A stretch of DNA of 64,000 nucleotides, taken from NCBI GenBank assembly GCA_040903985.1, contig JBBDUI010000002.1, forward strand, positions 599,633 through 663,632, given 5' to 3'. Both the position numbers and the translations under genes were made by a program. Under the pieces are notes generated by a model. It was not told the DNA's origin. It saw only the letters and a program-made list of their open reading frames with translations, and did no database searches. Origin of the DNA: Candidatus Saccharimonadales bacterium. Its GTDB lineage: Bacteria > Patescibacteriota > Saccharimonadia > QS-5-54-17. Position 1 is the stretch's first letter; each line of letters begins with the position of its first letter. Of the stretch, positions 39,741-48,318 are shown piece after piece.

Positions 39741-40003
39741 AAGTTAAATTAAAAATTATAATCTATGCAAGGTATCTAGACGTACGCCTTATTAGGCGCG
39801 GGCGTGTAGTATAGTTTGACCATAAAACGGATATAACTCAGATATTCTGTAAACTGTACTTGGTCCATTAGCTAAGTGAGGGTGTAGTTGTTTGCACCCC
39901 TTAACCATAAATGGTAAAATTGAGATATTGTAATCAATCGTTACCACGGAGGCTAATCTGCCTATTATGAACAGTAATTTATTTCTGAGCATAAGGTTAA
40001 CTT

Positions 40004-40987
40004 ATGTCTAGACTTCCTATTCCCGGCTCTGACGATGGAGTCTGGGGAGACATTCTAAACGAATACCTCCAGCACGAGCATAACGAGGATGGTACGCATA
40101 AAACAGTTCCTGTTTCCAGGGGCGGTACCGGTGCTATCAACGCTTCTGCCGCTAGAACAAACTTGGATGCTGCAGCTAGCGATCATAACCACGATGTCGA
40201 TTACGAAGTCGCCGGAGCAGTCTCTACTCATGCTTCCGAGGTTACAAGTGTGCATGGTATCGCTGACACCTCAGTGCTTGAAACTACTACCGGTGCTCAA
40301 GGTAAGGTGGATACCCATGCCTCCGATACAACAAGTGTCCACGGCATAGCCGATACTTCGGTCCTCGAGACTTCAGCCGGTGCTCAAGCAAAAATTGATG
40401 CACACACCGAGGCAAGTGATCCTCACTCTAATTACTTAGATACGACTCGCCATGAGGCTTTAGACCACTCCTCTGTACTTGCTACAGCCGCCTTATCAGA
40501 CCTCGGATCACTGGATGCCGGTTCGAGCAGAATCACAAATATAATCGACCCATCCAGCCCTCAGGACGCCGCAACAAAAGATTATGTAGATACCAATATT
40601 CCTTCAGCATTAAATGACTTGTCTGATGTTGATACTTCGGGCGGATCCGAGGGCGACTCTCTTACTCAGCAGGCTGATGGAACGTTTGCACCGCAGCAAA
40701 ACACGCACCCTACAAGCCTTCGCCCGCATACCTCAACGCTAGGCCCAGTGGCGTACAGGATGTCGAGAACCGGAAAGGATGAAAACGGTATTTTCACTAC
40801 GGTTAACTGGCATCGTCCTGACGACACCCTTGCCGTTCAGTCGGTACTGTCGGGTGGAACAACACCAACCTATACTGCTCGAACAGTTACGGAATATGCA
40901 GCAAATGGTGTCGATGTGTTGGAAACCACGACCTACACGCTTTCTTACGATGGTGACGGTGATCTTATTGCGGAGATATTCGCATGA
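40004..40987 (+). CDS. RLPIPG-tag fibre-like protein 5 (327 aa)
   Basis: MSRLPIPGSDDGVWGDILNEYL; VPVSRGGTGA...ARTNL; 2x VHGIADTSVLET; DAATKDYVD; LNDLSDV. Confidence 0.88.
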   Translation: MSRLPIPGSDDGVWGDILNEYLQHEHNEDGTHKTVPVSRGGTGAINASAARTNLDAAASDHNHDVDYEVAGAVSTHASEVTSVHGIADTSVLETTTGAQGKVDTHASDTTSVHGIADTSVLETSAGAQAKIDAHTEASDPHSNYLDTTRHEALDHSSVLATAALSDLGSLDAGSSRITNIIDPSSPQDAATKDYVDTNIPSALNDLSDVDTSGGSEGDSLTQQADGTFAPQQNTHPTSLRPHTSTLGPVAYRMSRTGKDENGIFTTVNWHRPDDTLAVQSVLSGGTTPTYTARTVTEYAANGVDVLETTTYTLSYDGDGDLIAEIFA

Positions 40988-41646
40988 TTAGTATGCTCGA
41001 CGCACATGGCATCGTTGGCGGCGGAGGTAATGCAGAGAAAGTTCTAATGAGTCAGGCATTTACTGTATCTGGACAGTTCGTCGTACCTAGCGGAGTTACT
41101 GAGATATTAATCTCTGCTATTGGCGCTGGCGGGGGTGGCGGGTATGCCCATAATGGAGGATATGGCTGGTCGATGCGAGGCGGCGGCGGAGGTAGTGGTT
41201 ACTACTTTCCAAAGACTCGATACACCGTTACGCCAGGTATCACTCTGACGGTTACTATTGGCTCGGGCGGGGCAGGCCAATCTAGTGGAAATTCTTCCCC
41301 TGGCCCCGGTGGTAGTACTGTAGTTTCTGGCACGGGAGTATCAATTACTGCTGGCGGAGGAGCAGCGGGTAATGGTGCTGCTGAAGGCAATCCTGGGTCT
41401 GGCACAGGTTCTAGTCACTTTTGGCGGGGTGGGGCGGCTGGACGTGCAGGCTACGTTCAGAACGGCAGTGGTTCTGGTGCAGGCGGAGGTCCGTTAGGTG
41501 GAGCGAGTAAGACGTCGGGAGGCTCGGGCAATGCTGGTGGAGTAGGATCCGGTGGAAGCGGTGGGCATAACTCAACAGGTAGCGGGAGTGTCTACGCTGG
41601 TGGAGCAGGAGGTCGTGGAGAAGTCTTGATTGAGTGGTACGAATAA
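40984..41646 (+). CDS. Stand-alone glycine-rich tip/adhesin-like protein
   Basis: FTVSGQFVVPSGVT...GAGGGGG...GGAGGRGEVLIEWYE; ATGA overlap with the upstream gene. Confidence 0.82.
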   Translation: MISMLDAHGIVGGGGNAEKVLMSQAFTVSGQFVVPSGVTEILISAIGAGGGGGYAHNGGYGWSMRGGGGGSGYYFPKTRYTVTPGITLTVTIGSGGAGQSSGNSSPGPGGSTVVSGTGVSITAGGGAAGNGAAEGNPGSGTGSSHFWRGGAAGRAGYVQNGSGSGAGGGPLGGASKTSGGSGNAGGVGSGGSGGHNSTGSGSVYAGGAGGRGEVLIEWYE

Positions 41647-41742
41647 GAGAAGACTACAAACTAAGACATGAGCAGCCTATACAGCAAGCGGACATTAATA
41701 ACTGGCTAATTCAGTAATAATTTGTTAAAACTTATATAGTGT

Positions 41743-41817
41743 TGGCGCGTGGCCAAATGGTAAGGCACCTGGTTCTGGTCCAGGGGATTCTAGGTTCGAG
41801 TCCTAGCGCGCCAGCCA
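41743..41817 (+). tRNA. tRNA-Gln(CTG)
   Basis: 75 nt, U1:A72, anticodon loop TTCTGGT, CCA. Confidence 0.96.
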
Positions 41818-41875
41818 AGCATAAGCATTATGCACTCCTCTATCATGAGAAGCATGTTGTTGGTATAGTTACTGC

Positions 41876-42403
41876 ATGAATTTGATATTTATTTATGGTC
41901 CGCCTGCATCTGGGAAGCTAACCGTAGCAAAAGAGCTGTCAAAACTAACGGGCTATCCAGTATTTCATAATCATTTGACTCGCGACCTTGTACGGAGCCT
42001 ATATCCAGGCAAAGTAGATGATCATTATGACCTTGTAGATACTTTGCGTGAAGAGGTGATGAAGCATTGCACTATCCATGGTACAAATCTAATTTTTACA
42101 ATGGTGTATGATGGCCCAGAAGACGATGAGGTAGTAGCAAGGCGAGTTAATACAGTTATTGAGAATGGAGGAAGCGTACTCTTTGTCGAATTAACTGCTC
42201 CACACGATATTTTGCTTGAGCGAGTCTCCAATGAGTCTCGTAAGCAACATAAAAAGATTGAAGACCGCGAATTACTGGCGTCATTGCTCAATACAAAAGC
42301 CTACTCATCCGTTCCATACGGCAATATCTTAAAGATCGATACATCTATCATGAGCCCGCAACAAGCAGCAAAAGAAATTGCTAGTCACCACAAACTCACC
42401 TAA
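41876..42403 (+). CDS. P-loop kinase-like protein (AAA_33/shikimate kinase-like)
   Basis: Walker A GPPASGKLT. Confidence 0.85.
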   Translation: MNLIFIYGPPASGKLTVAKELSKLTGYPVFHNHLTRDLVRSLYPGKVDDHYDLVDTLREEVMKHCTIHGTNLIFTMVYDGPEDDEVVARRVNTVIENGGSVLFVELTAPHDILLERVSNESRKQHKKIEDRELLASLLNTKAYSSVPYGNILKIDTSIMSPQQAAKEIASHHKLT

Positions 42404-42546
42404 TTTTTAGTTAGAACAGTAACTATGGTTACGATAGCGTCTGCTACGTCCCTTCTAGTTTAATAATTTAGGAAATAAGTGATCGTATGGTCGAAATCGT
42501 TGCTGGATTAACCTTGTCTGGCAAGGTTCGAAAATCGGACCACAAG

Positions 42547-42598
42547 CCCAGCCATAAGAAAGTAGCTACATACTTGAAGCTACTTTCTTATGGCTGGG
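42547..42598. repeat. 21-bp perfect inverted repeat
   Basis: CCCAGCCATAAGAAAGTAGCT-10 nt-AGCTACTTTCTTATGGCTGGG. Confidence 0.9.
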
Positions 42599-42652
42599 GT
42601 GTGTACACCACAGAGTCTACTAGGTTATGATACCGGTATAAACAAAGTCACT

Positions 42653-43339
42653 ATGTCAGAAACTAACTCACGTCATCAGTCAGCTCAGCATTTTGAGCTA
42701 CACCATGAGGATAATGGTGAGGCTATTGTCTGTATGTCGCATGATAACGAATGCTCGGTTTTAGCGCAGATTGCCGCCGAGTATTCCGATGTTGAGGAAG
42801 AGTTTTTAGCAACTTCAGTAGAGCAGGCTCTGTCTGCTATCGATAATTACATGGAGGGACGGGCGAGCGAGGTATTTCAGGGACTACATATAGTTCTAGG
42901 GGAGGATCTGACTTCGGGTGGTGCGGAAGCGTTACCCGCAGAAAATCGAGTTTTGCTTAATGGTAGAAAGCTATCGATGAGCATAGCTGACATGCGCAAT
43001 ACTCTCGATTCGTATAGTGACGATGAACTGACGGGTGGAAGTATAGATGAGCACGATCCTAGTGGAGCACTGCAGTACACATTAGTACATGAGATGGGGC
43101 ACATATTAGATGAGAGAACTTTGACCGGTGAATCCCGCCATCGAGTAGATGCGGGTGAAAGTCCCACAGCGTATGGCCGTGTACCTGATGAGTGGCATGA
43201 TGAGAAGGATCATGAAGCATTTGCTGAAGGGTTTGCGCACCTAGTTTTCGGAATACCGGTCAGCTCTGTCTTAGAAACTGCCGTCGCGGAAACTATAGAG
43301 TCGCGGCTAGATGAGGTTGACGCCGCTAAGACTCAGTAA
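42653..43339 (+). CDS. Zincin-like metallopeptidase domain protein
   Basis: HEMGH, PTAYG, EAFAEGF; ATG 42653 preferred because 42590 lies in a hairpin. Confidence 0.72.
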   Translation: MSETNSRHQSAQHFELHHEDNGEAIVCMSHDNECSVLAQIAAEYSDVEEEFLATSVEQALSAIDNYMEGRASEVFQGLHIVLGEDLTSGGAEALPAENRVLLNGRKLSMSIADMRNTLDSYSDDELTGGSIDEHDPSGALQYTLVHEMGHILDERTLTGESRHRVDAGESPTAYGRVPDEWHDEKDHEAFAEGFAHLVFGIPVSSVLETAVAETIESRLDEVDAAKTQ

Positions 43340-43562
43340 AAGACTGTTTTCTTTTCTGGGTAAGCTTAACATATCTATATATGGAGTAGCTTAGAGTTGC
43401 CACTACGACAACCATTATCAGCCAACCGCCACCAGTAGTCGGCAGGGAGTCCGGTAGAGTAATACCACCCGATTCGGTAGTCTCATTGTACTCTTGTGCC
43501 CCATAGGTGCTGGTGCCATACTGGGAAATCATACGAAGTGCTAAAAGTGTTATCTGATCCAT
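43326..43562 (-). CDS. Small LPXTG cell-wall-anchor protein with YGTSTYGA motif
   Basis: LPTTG, then TM helix and basic tail (KRK); divergent from tatA. Confidence 0.75.
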   Translation of the reverse strand: MDQITLLALRMISQYGTSTYGAQEYNETTESGGITLPDSLPTTGGGWLIMVVVVATLSYSIYRYVKLTQKRKQSFTES

Positions 43563-43651
43563 ATTTATTTTCTACCCTGTACCGTTGTTACTTGAAGGTT
43601 ATTGTATTAAACTTATGTTAGCATAGCAACTAAGAACAAGCGAGGGATAAA

Positions 43652-43828
43652 GTGCCAGGATTAGGATTAACAGAATTACTAGTAATATTAGGTATATTGA
43701 TGCTACTTTTCGGCTCTAAGAAGTTGCCGGAATTAGCGAAGAGCATAGGAAGCTCAGTCCAAGAACTACGCAAGGGAGTGAGTACGGAGCCTAAGAGCGA
43801 CGACTCTAAAGACGATACGACTCTATAG
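43652..43828 (+). CDS. tatA: Twin-arginine translocase TatA (58 aa)
   Basis: Not in the ORF track; GTG start; MPGLGLTELLVILGILMLLFGSKKLPELAKSIGSSVQELRKG. Confidence 0.93.
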   Translation: MPGLGLTELLVILGILMLLFGSKKLPELAKSIGSSVQELRKGVSTEPKSDDSKDDTTL

Positions 43829-43853
43829 CTCTACCTAAAGATAAAAGGAGAGT

Positions 43854-44936
43854 ATGGGTATGAGTAGTGGGACATACCAACAGACGTTACTTGACCATCT
43901 AGTTGAGCTACGTCAGCGTCTGTTTTGGGTGGCATTGACGTTAGTATTCGCATCTGCAGCGGGTTATTTGATATTGGATCAGATAATAGATGTATTGATG
44001 AGTCCTCTGGCCACTGACCAGCCGCTAATTTACACCTCTCCGGCCGGTGGATTGGAGTTTCTGTTTAAGATCTGCTTATTTTTTGGCTTTTTACTGACAA
44101 TACCGGTCCTGCTGTACCACATAATTAAGTTTATCGAGCCGATGATATTTAAGCAGTCGGTGCGCTCACTGATCACTTTGATCAGTGTTTCTATTATACT
44201 GATGGTCCTGGGGGCCAGTTTCGCCTATTTCGTCAGCCTACCGGCGGCGCTGCACTTTCTAACCGGTTTTAATACTGATCAACTACAGGCGTTGCTTTCG
44301 ACGAATGAATACCTATCATTTGTCATGATTTACGTCGCCGGTTTCGCCCTGATATTCCAGCTGCCGTTGCTGATGATATTTATCAATCGAATTAACCCAC
44401 TACAGCCACAGAAGTTATGGTCGACTATGCGTTATGTGATAGTTATCAGTTTTATCGTAGCCGCTATTATCACCCCTACACCGGATCCTATGAACCAGGC
44501 CCTAATGGCTGGTCCAATTATAATTATGTATATCATCGGTGTTGGCGCTGTCTGGTTGATTAATCGGAGTAAGGCAGTGTCGGTTACTGACCCTGATATT
44601 GACCCCAGTTATTTCGACAATCTAACTGAGACGGCTAGTGAATTAAGACCGGAGACTCCGGTAATCGGTCCAAGCCTTTGCGGTGCTAACTCTACTTCAG
44701 TAATAGATTATTCTCAGGCTAACGCTGAGTTACGAACCGAGACATCTAACTTACTTGATTTGACGAGCCGACCCCGAGCGAAACTTCAAGCAGCAGAAAC
44801 TGTTGTGGACTTACCCCTGGTAGTGCCGGGCGCTCCTCTTGCCCCGCATATTGCAGATAGTGATTCTGGGCCAACTGTAAAACCGCCACTCCGACCGCGA
44901 ATAGGGTCGTCTCACGTGCTTGATCCGCGCAGCTAG
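43854..44936 (+). CDS. tatC: Twin-arginine translocase TatC with long C-terminal tail
   Basis: LLDHLVELRQRL, LPAALHFL, FQLP, AAIITPTPDP. Confidence 0.94.
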   Translation: MGMSSGTYQQTLLDHLVELRQRLFWVALTLVFASAAGYLILDQIIDVLMSPLATDQPLIYTSPAGGLEFLFKICLFFGFLLTIPVLLYHIIKFIEPMIFKQSVRSLITLISVSIILMVLGASFAYFVSLPAALHFLTGFNTDQLQALLSTNEYLSFVMIYVAGFALIFQLPLLMIFINRINPLQPQKLWSTMRYVIVISFIVAAIITPTPDPMNQALMAGPIIIMYIIGVGAVWLINRSKAVSVTDPDIDPSYFDNLTETASELRPETPVIGPSLCGANSTSVIDYSQANAELRTETSNLLDLTSRPRAKLQAAETVVDLPLVVPGAPLAPHIADSDSGPTVKPPLRPRIGSSHVLDPRS

Positions 44937-44937
44937 C

Positions 44938-44965
44938 TTGACAGCGCCTGCCAGACTAGTATTAT
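44938..44965 (+). promoter_or_regulatory. Possible sigma70 promoter for the Tat-like peptide gene
   Basis: TTGACA-16 bp-TATTAT. Confidence 0.55.
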
Positions 44966-45021
44966 AAGAATAAGCGTAAAGCAAAATTGAAGCAAAATAA
45001 AAAACTAAAAAGGAAACAACA

Positions 45022-45219
45022 ATGAATTCCAACGACACCAAACAAGCTATTACTAATATAGTTAACACTCCGATGGATCGAAAACAGTTCCTGACCTATG
45101 TCGGCGCCGGCGCAGTAGCGGTATCGGGCATTAATGCCGGACTTAAGCTATTTAGTGGCAACAAAAGAGGTATAGGTACTGTAACTAGTGGTTACGGCGG
45201 TAGCGCTTACGGCGCCTAG
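45022..45219 (+). CDS. Small Tat-signal-like peptide with C-terminal YGGSAYGA
   Basis: MDRKQFL plus hydrophobic region; AAGGA RBS; follows tatC. Confidence 0.8.
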   Translation: MNSNDTKQAITNIVNTPMDRKQFLTYVGAGAVAVSGINAGLKLFSGNKRGIGTVTSGYGGSAYGA

Positions 45220-45628
45220 TCGTAGCAGATTGTTCTACGTTTTACGAAACAAGCGTAAACATAGCGAGGGTAGAAATTAAAGATTTACCTGGCGTTAAGA
45301 CTCTTATATGTTATTAGCTTAGAGAATTAAAATTACAATTTGGTTTATCTTACCTTCCAGCACTAAGCGAAAAATTGCTATAAAGGCTTCAGCTTGAAGT
45401 AGCGGCATACTTTAGTACTTATGCTAGAATGTGGTGCGTAATGAAAGGTTGATGAAGTGATAGTTGCTGATATACACAAACTTGCAGCGATTACTCTTGA
45501 AATTAAAATTGATTTGGCCAGGATTACTGCAAATGTTATCAGTATCAGCTGGGTTTCTCGTACTACTGCAGCTAGCCTCACCATGAGAGATGAGGCAGCA
45601 TTTTTTATACACAGAGTGAGAGTCTGTA

Positions 45629-47155
45629 ATGGCAGTTATTGATACCTCAACCGTATCTACCGCCACAGCTTACAGCAATCAGCGTAAGGTTGATCGATGT
45701 CAGAATGGTGTACTTTGGTCGTTCTTTAATAATGGTTCTGGAGTAGTTGAACCTTGGTATTCAGAAGATGATGGGGTTACTTGGACGAACGGAGGCGCTA
45801 ATTTCTCTACCAACAACGCTTCATATACTCCTAATTTCTCAGTATTCATTGATTTAGATGATTATTGCCATGTTGTGTATAAGAACGGTAACTCTGGGTA
45901 TATTGAATATCGACGAGGAACACCAAACGCTGGACGCACTGCCTGGACTTGGACGAGTGCACATGAAGTTTTTGGTCATGCATCCTTCAACTATCCCGAT
46001 CTTGTCGCTCACCGGGAGGGGAGTGGCTGGGCTGTTCATCTAGCGGCGGGGTACGTAACTACAGGCTATGCCCAGATGTACGGCCACCGTTTCGATATTG
46101 ACTCAGGGGGAACTATTACTCCGGTATCATTGGGTGTCATAACGAATAACTATAATAGTGGTGTACAGCTCTTTCCTTCCATCGATTTTAATCATACTGG
46201 TGACGGGAAAACTGTGGCTGGGAGCACTCCACATATTTATATGGCTTGGTCGGCTGGAGCCACCGGCACTGGTAATGGTGTTCGGTTCAAGAAAGCTACC
46301 TATTCCGGTGGCTCATGGACGTGGGGCACTGAACGGGAGATTGATTCAACTAGGTACTTCCCATTCTCTAATAGAAATGCAGTATGCTTATTTGACGGCA
46401 CAAGGGTTATTATTGCTGGTCACGTGTATGATGCTAGCGGTAATGATGATATCGTACTATATGAACGTGATGTAGCAGACACTACTACAACTACTCGTAT
46501 TTTATTAGATAATGCTAATTCTAATCAATGGCATTTGGTCGGCTCATATACCTATGACGGTGAAGGCAATGTGTATTATTTTGGAGTAAATAACGGTGAA
46601 TTAATCTACCGTAAGTGGGTTAGAGCTACTACCACATTTGAAGCAGAAGTTATTATTGACAGCACTAATATAAGTAATAGTGCGGCTTGGGTATCAACGA
46701 AACGCGGCCACTCTAGCAACCGTATCGAGTACATCTACACCGATGGCGTTTCATCCCCATATAATATTACTTACGGTTCAATCCTACTTAACACTGCGCC
46801 CACTACCCCAACTATTCTTACACCGATAGTAAATGAGCGAGTTCACCATAACAGTATAGACTTCTCCTGGAGCTTTAACGATCCTGACGGCGGAGACTCT
46901 CAAAGTGCCTATGCCCTTCGGCGACAGCTCGATGGTGGGAGTGAAGAGTGGTGGGATGGTAGCACTTGGGTGGGTAGCGAGGTATTTGTCTCAACTGCTA
47001 GTACTACAGTGTCTATTCATTCCGACACTTTCGAGTCTGGTACCTATAGTTGGAGTGTGGTTACCCAGGATCAGGCCGGTGCAACTTCCGGCTACTCAAT
47101 ACCTCAGAACCTTAAGATTATTCGCTTTGAGCGGTGGGGAGCGGTACAGATATGA
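45629..47155 (+). CDS. Beta-propeller/BNR-like protein with shared C-terminal Fn3/Ig-like domain ending FERWGAVQI
   Basis: Asp-box SEDDGVTW; beta-rich; no signal peptide; C-terminal ~120 aa paralogous to 47218..48195. Confidence 0.8.
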   Translation: MAVIDTSTVSTATAYSNQRKVDRCQNGVLWSFFNNGSGVVEPWYSEDDGVTWTNGGANFSTNNASYTPNFSVFIDLDDYCHVVYKNGNSGYIEYRRGTPNAGRTAWTWTSAHEVFGHASFNYPDLVAHREGSGWAVHLAAGYVTTGYAQMYGHRFDIDSGGTITPVSLGVITNNYNSGVQLFPSIDFNHTGDGKTVAGSTPHIYMAWSAGATGTGNGVRFKKATYSGGSWTWGTEREIDSTRYFPFSNRNAVCLFDGTRVIIAGHVYDASGNDDIVLYERDVADTTTTTRILLDNANSNQWHLVGSYTYDGEGNVYYFGVNNGELIYRKWVRATTTFEAEVIIDSTNISNSAAWVSTKRGHSSNRIEYIYTDGVSSPYNITYGSILLNTAPTTPTILTPIVNERVHHNSIDFSWSFNDPDGGDSQSAYALRRQLDGGSEEWWDGSTWVGSEVFVSTASTTVSIHSDTFESGTYSWSVVTQDQAGATSGYSIPQNLKIIRFERWGAVQI

Positions 47156-47217
47156 TACTAATCGTTCATTATCACCGTAGAATAAGTATTGATTATGTGA
47201 GAAAAGAGATACAGTAA

Positions 47218-48195
47218 ATGTCAGCACCCTCTTTCGTAAACTCAGCTTACTATAATAGCGGTGGCGGTTTGAATGCCACGGTCAATAAGCCTACCGGTAC
47301 TGGCTCGGGACACCTAATGCTCGCTTTTATTCATACCGGGGGTGACAACCCGACTAGCATAACTGCTCCGTCTGGCTGGTCGACACTACAAAGTCATTTC
47401 GCTCAGTACGTAGGATTTGCGTGCTTCTATAGGTGGGCAGGATCATCAGAACCTTCATCCTATCAGTTTAGTTGGAATAGCAACGGATGGGGTGTAGGCG
47501 GAATCCTGACCTTCTCTTCGGTCGGCTCTATCGGTAGTAGTGCAAAAAATTATACTTCTGGTACGACAGTTAGTGTCAGTGCGCCCTCACTTGCGATGAA
47601 TGCTAATTCGGTACTTGTAGCTGGATTTGGATTTAAGGGTAATGGATCGGTCTCTTCACCTTCCGGTATGACAGAGAGAATCGATGCGCCCCACACAAAT
47701 AACAACTACCCGACTACGCTAGGGGCATCTACGCAAGATTACCTTTCAGCGGCTTCCTCAGGGGCAAAGACAGCGACAATATCCGCATCATCAGACAGAA
47801 GCGCGGCTGTATCGGTAGAGTTACTAGGCACCAACTCTAACCCAGACACACCAACTCTTCTTACCCCGGCTGACAATCTTCGACAGCAGGGCGGGAATGT
47901 AGACTTTAGTTGGTCTCATTCTGATCCAGATGGCAACCCACAAGCCGCCTATGCTCTTCGTCGTCAAAAGATTGGTGATAGCTATGAGTGGTGGAATGGG
48001 TCTAATTGGGTTGCTACTCAAACATTTGTTAGCTCATCTACAGGGTCGGCCACTATTGATGCATCAACGTTTGAGAGAGGTGTGTATACATGGAGCGTTG
48101 CCACTCGTGACAGCATGAATGCTACTAGTGCATATTCTTCGCAGCGGACATTAGAAGTCATTAAGTTTGAACGGTGGGGAGCGGTACAGATTTAA
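47218..48195 (+). CDS. Phage minor-tail-like domain with shared C-terminal Fn3/Ig-like domain ending FERWGAVQI
   Basis: KPTGTGSGHLMLAFI...TAPSGW...EPSSYQFSW pattern; no signal peptide. Confidence 0.8.
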   Translation: MSAPSFVNSAYYNSGGGLNATVNKPTGTGSGHLMLAFIHTGGDNPTSITAPSGWSTLQSHFAQYVGFACFYRWAGSSEPSSYQFSWNSNGWGVGGILTFSSVGSIGSSAKNYTSGTTVSVSAPSLAMNANSVLVAGFGFKGNGSVSSPSGMTERIDAPHTNNNYPTTLGASTQDYLSAASSGAKTATISASSDRSAAVSVELLGTNSNPDTPTLLTPADNLRQQGGNVDFSWSHSDPDGNPQAAYALRRQKIGDSYEWWNGSNWVATQTFVSSSTGSATIDASTFERGVYTWSVATRDSMNATSAYSSQRTLEVIKFERWGAVQI

Positions 48196-48318
48196 GGTAC
48201 TTATCTGTTGTTTGTGTTGGTTATACATAGTAAAATAGACGCAAGCGTGAAGACCTACATATTCTTCTGGTAGTGCGCTCCAATAATATTTACTAAAAAC
48301 TAAAAGCAAGGGATAGAG

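Noticed and set aside
42480-42554. Additional tRNA suggested by GGTTCGAA and CCA
   Set aside because: I could not fold a cloverleaf; kept only as a possible att-like remnant.
45378-45666. Three short overlapping ORFs upstream of 45629
   Set aside because: No recognisable motifs or clear RBS, and they are mutually overlapping in an AT-rich gap.
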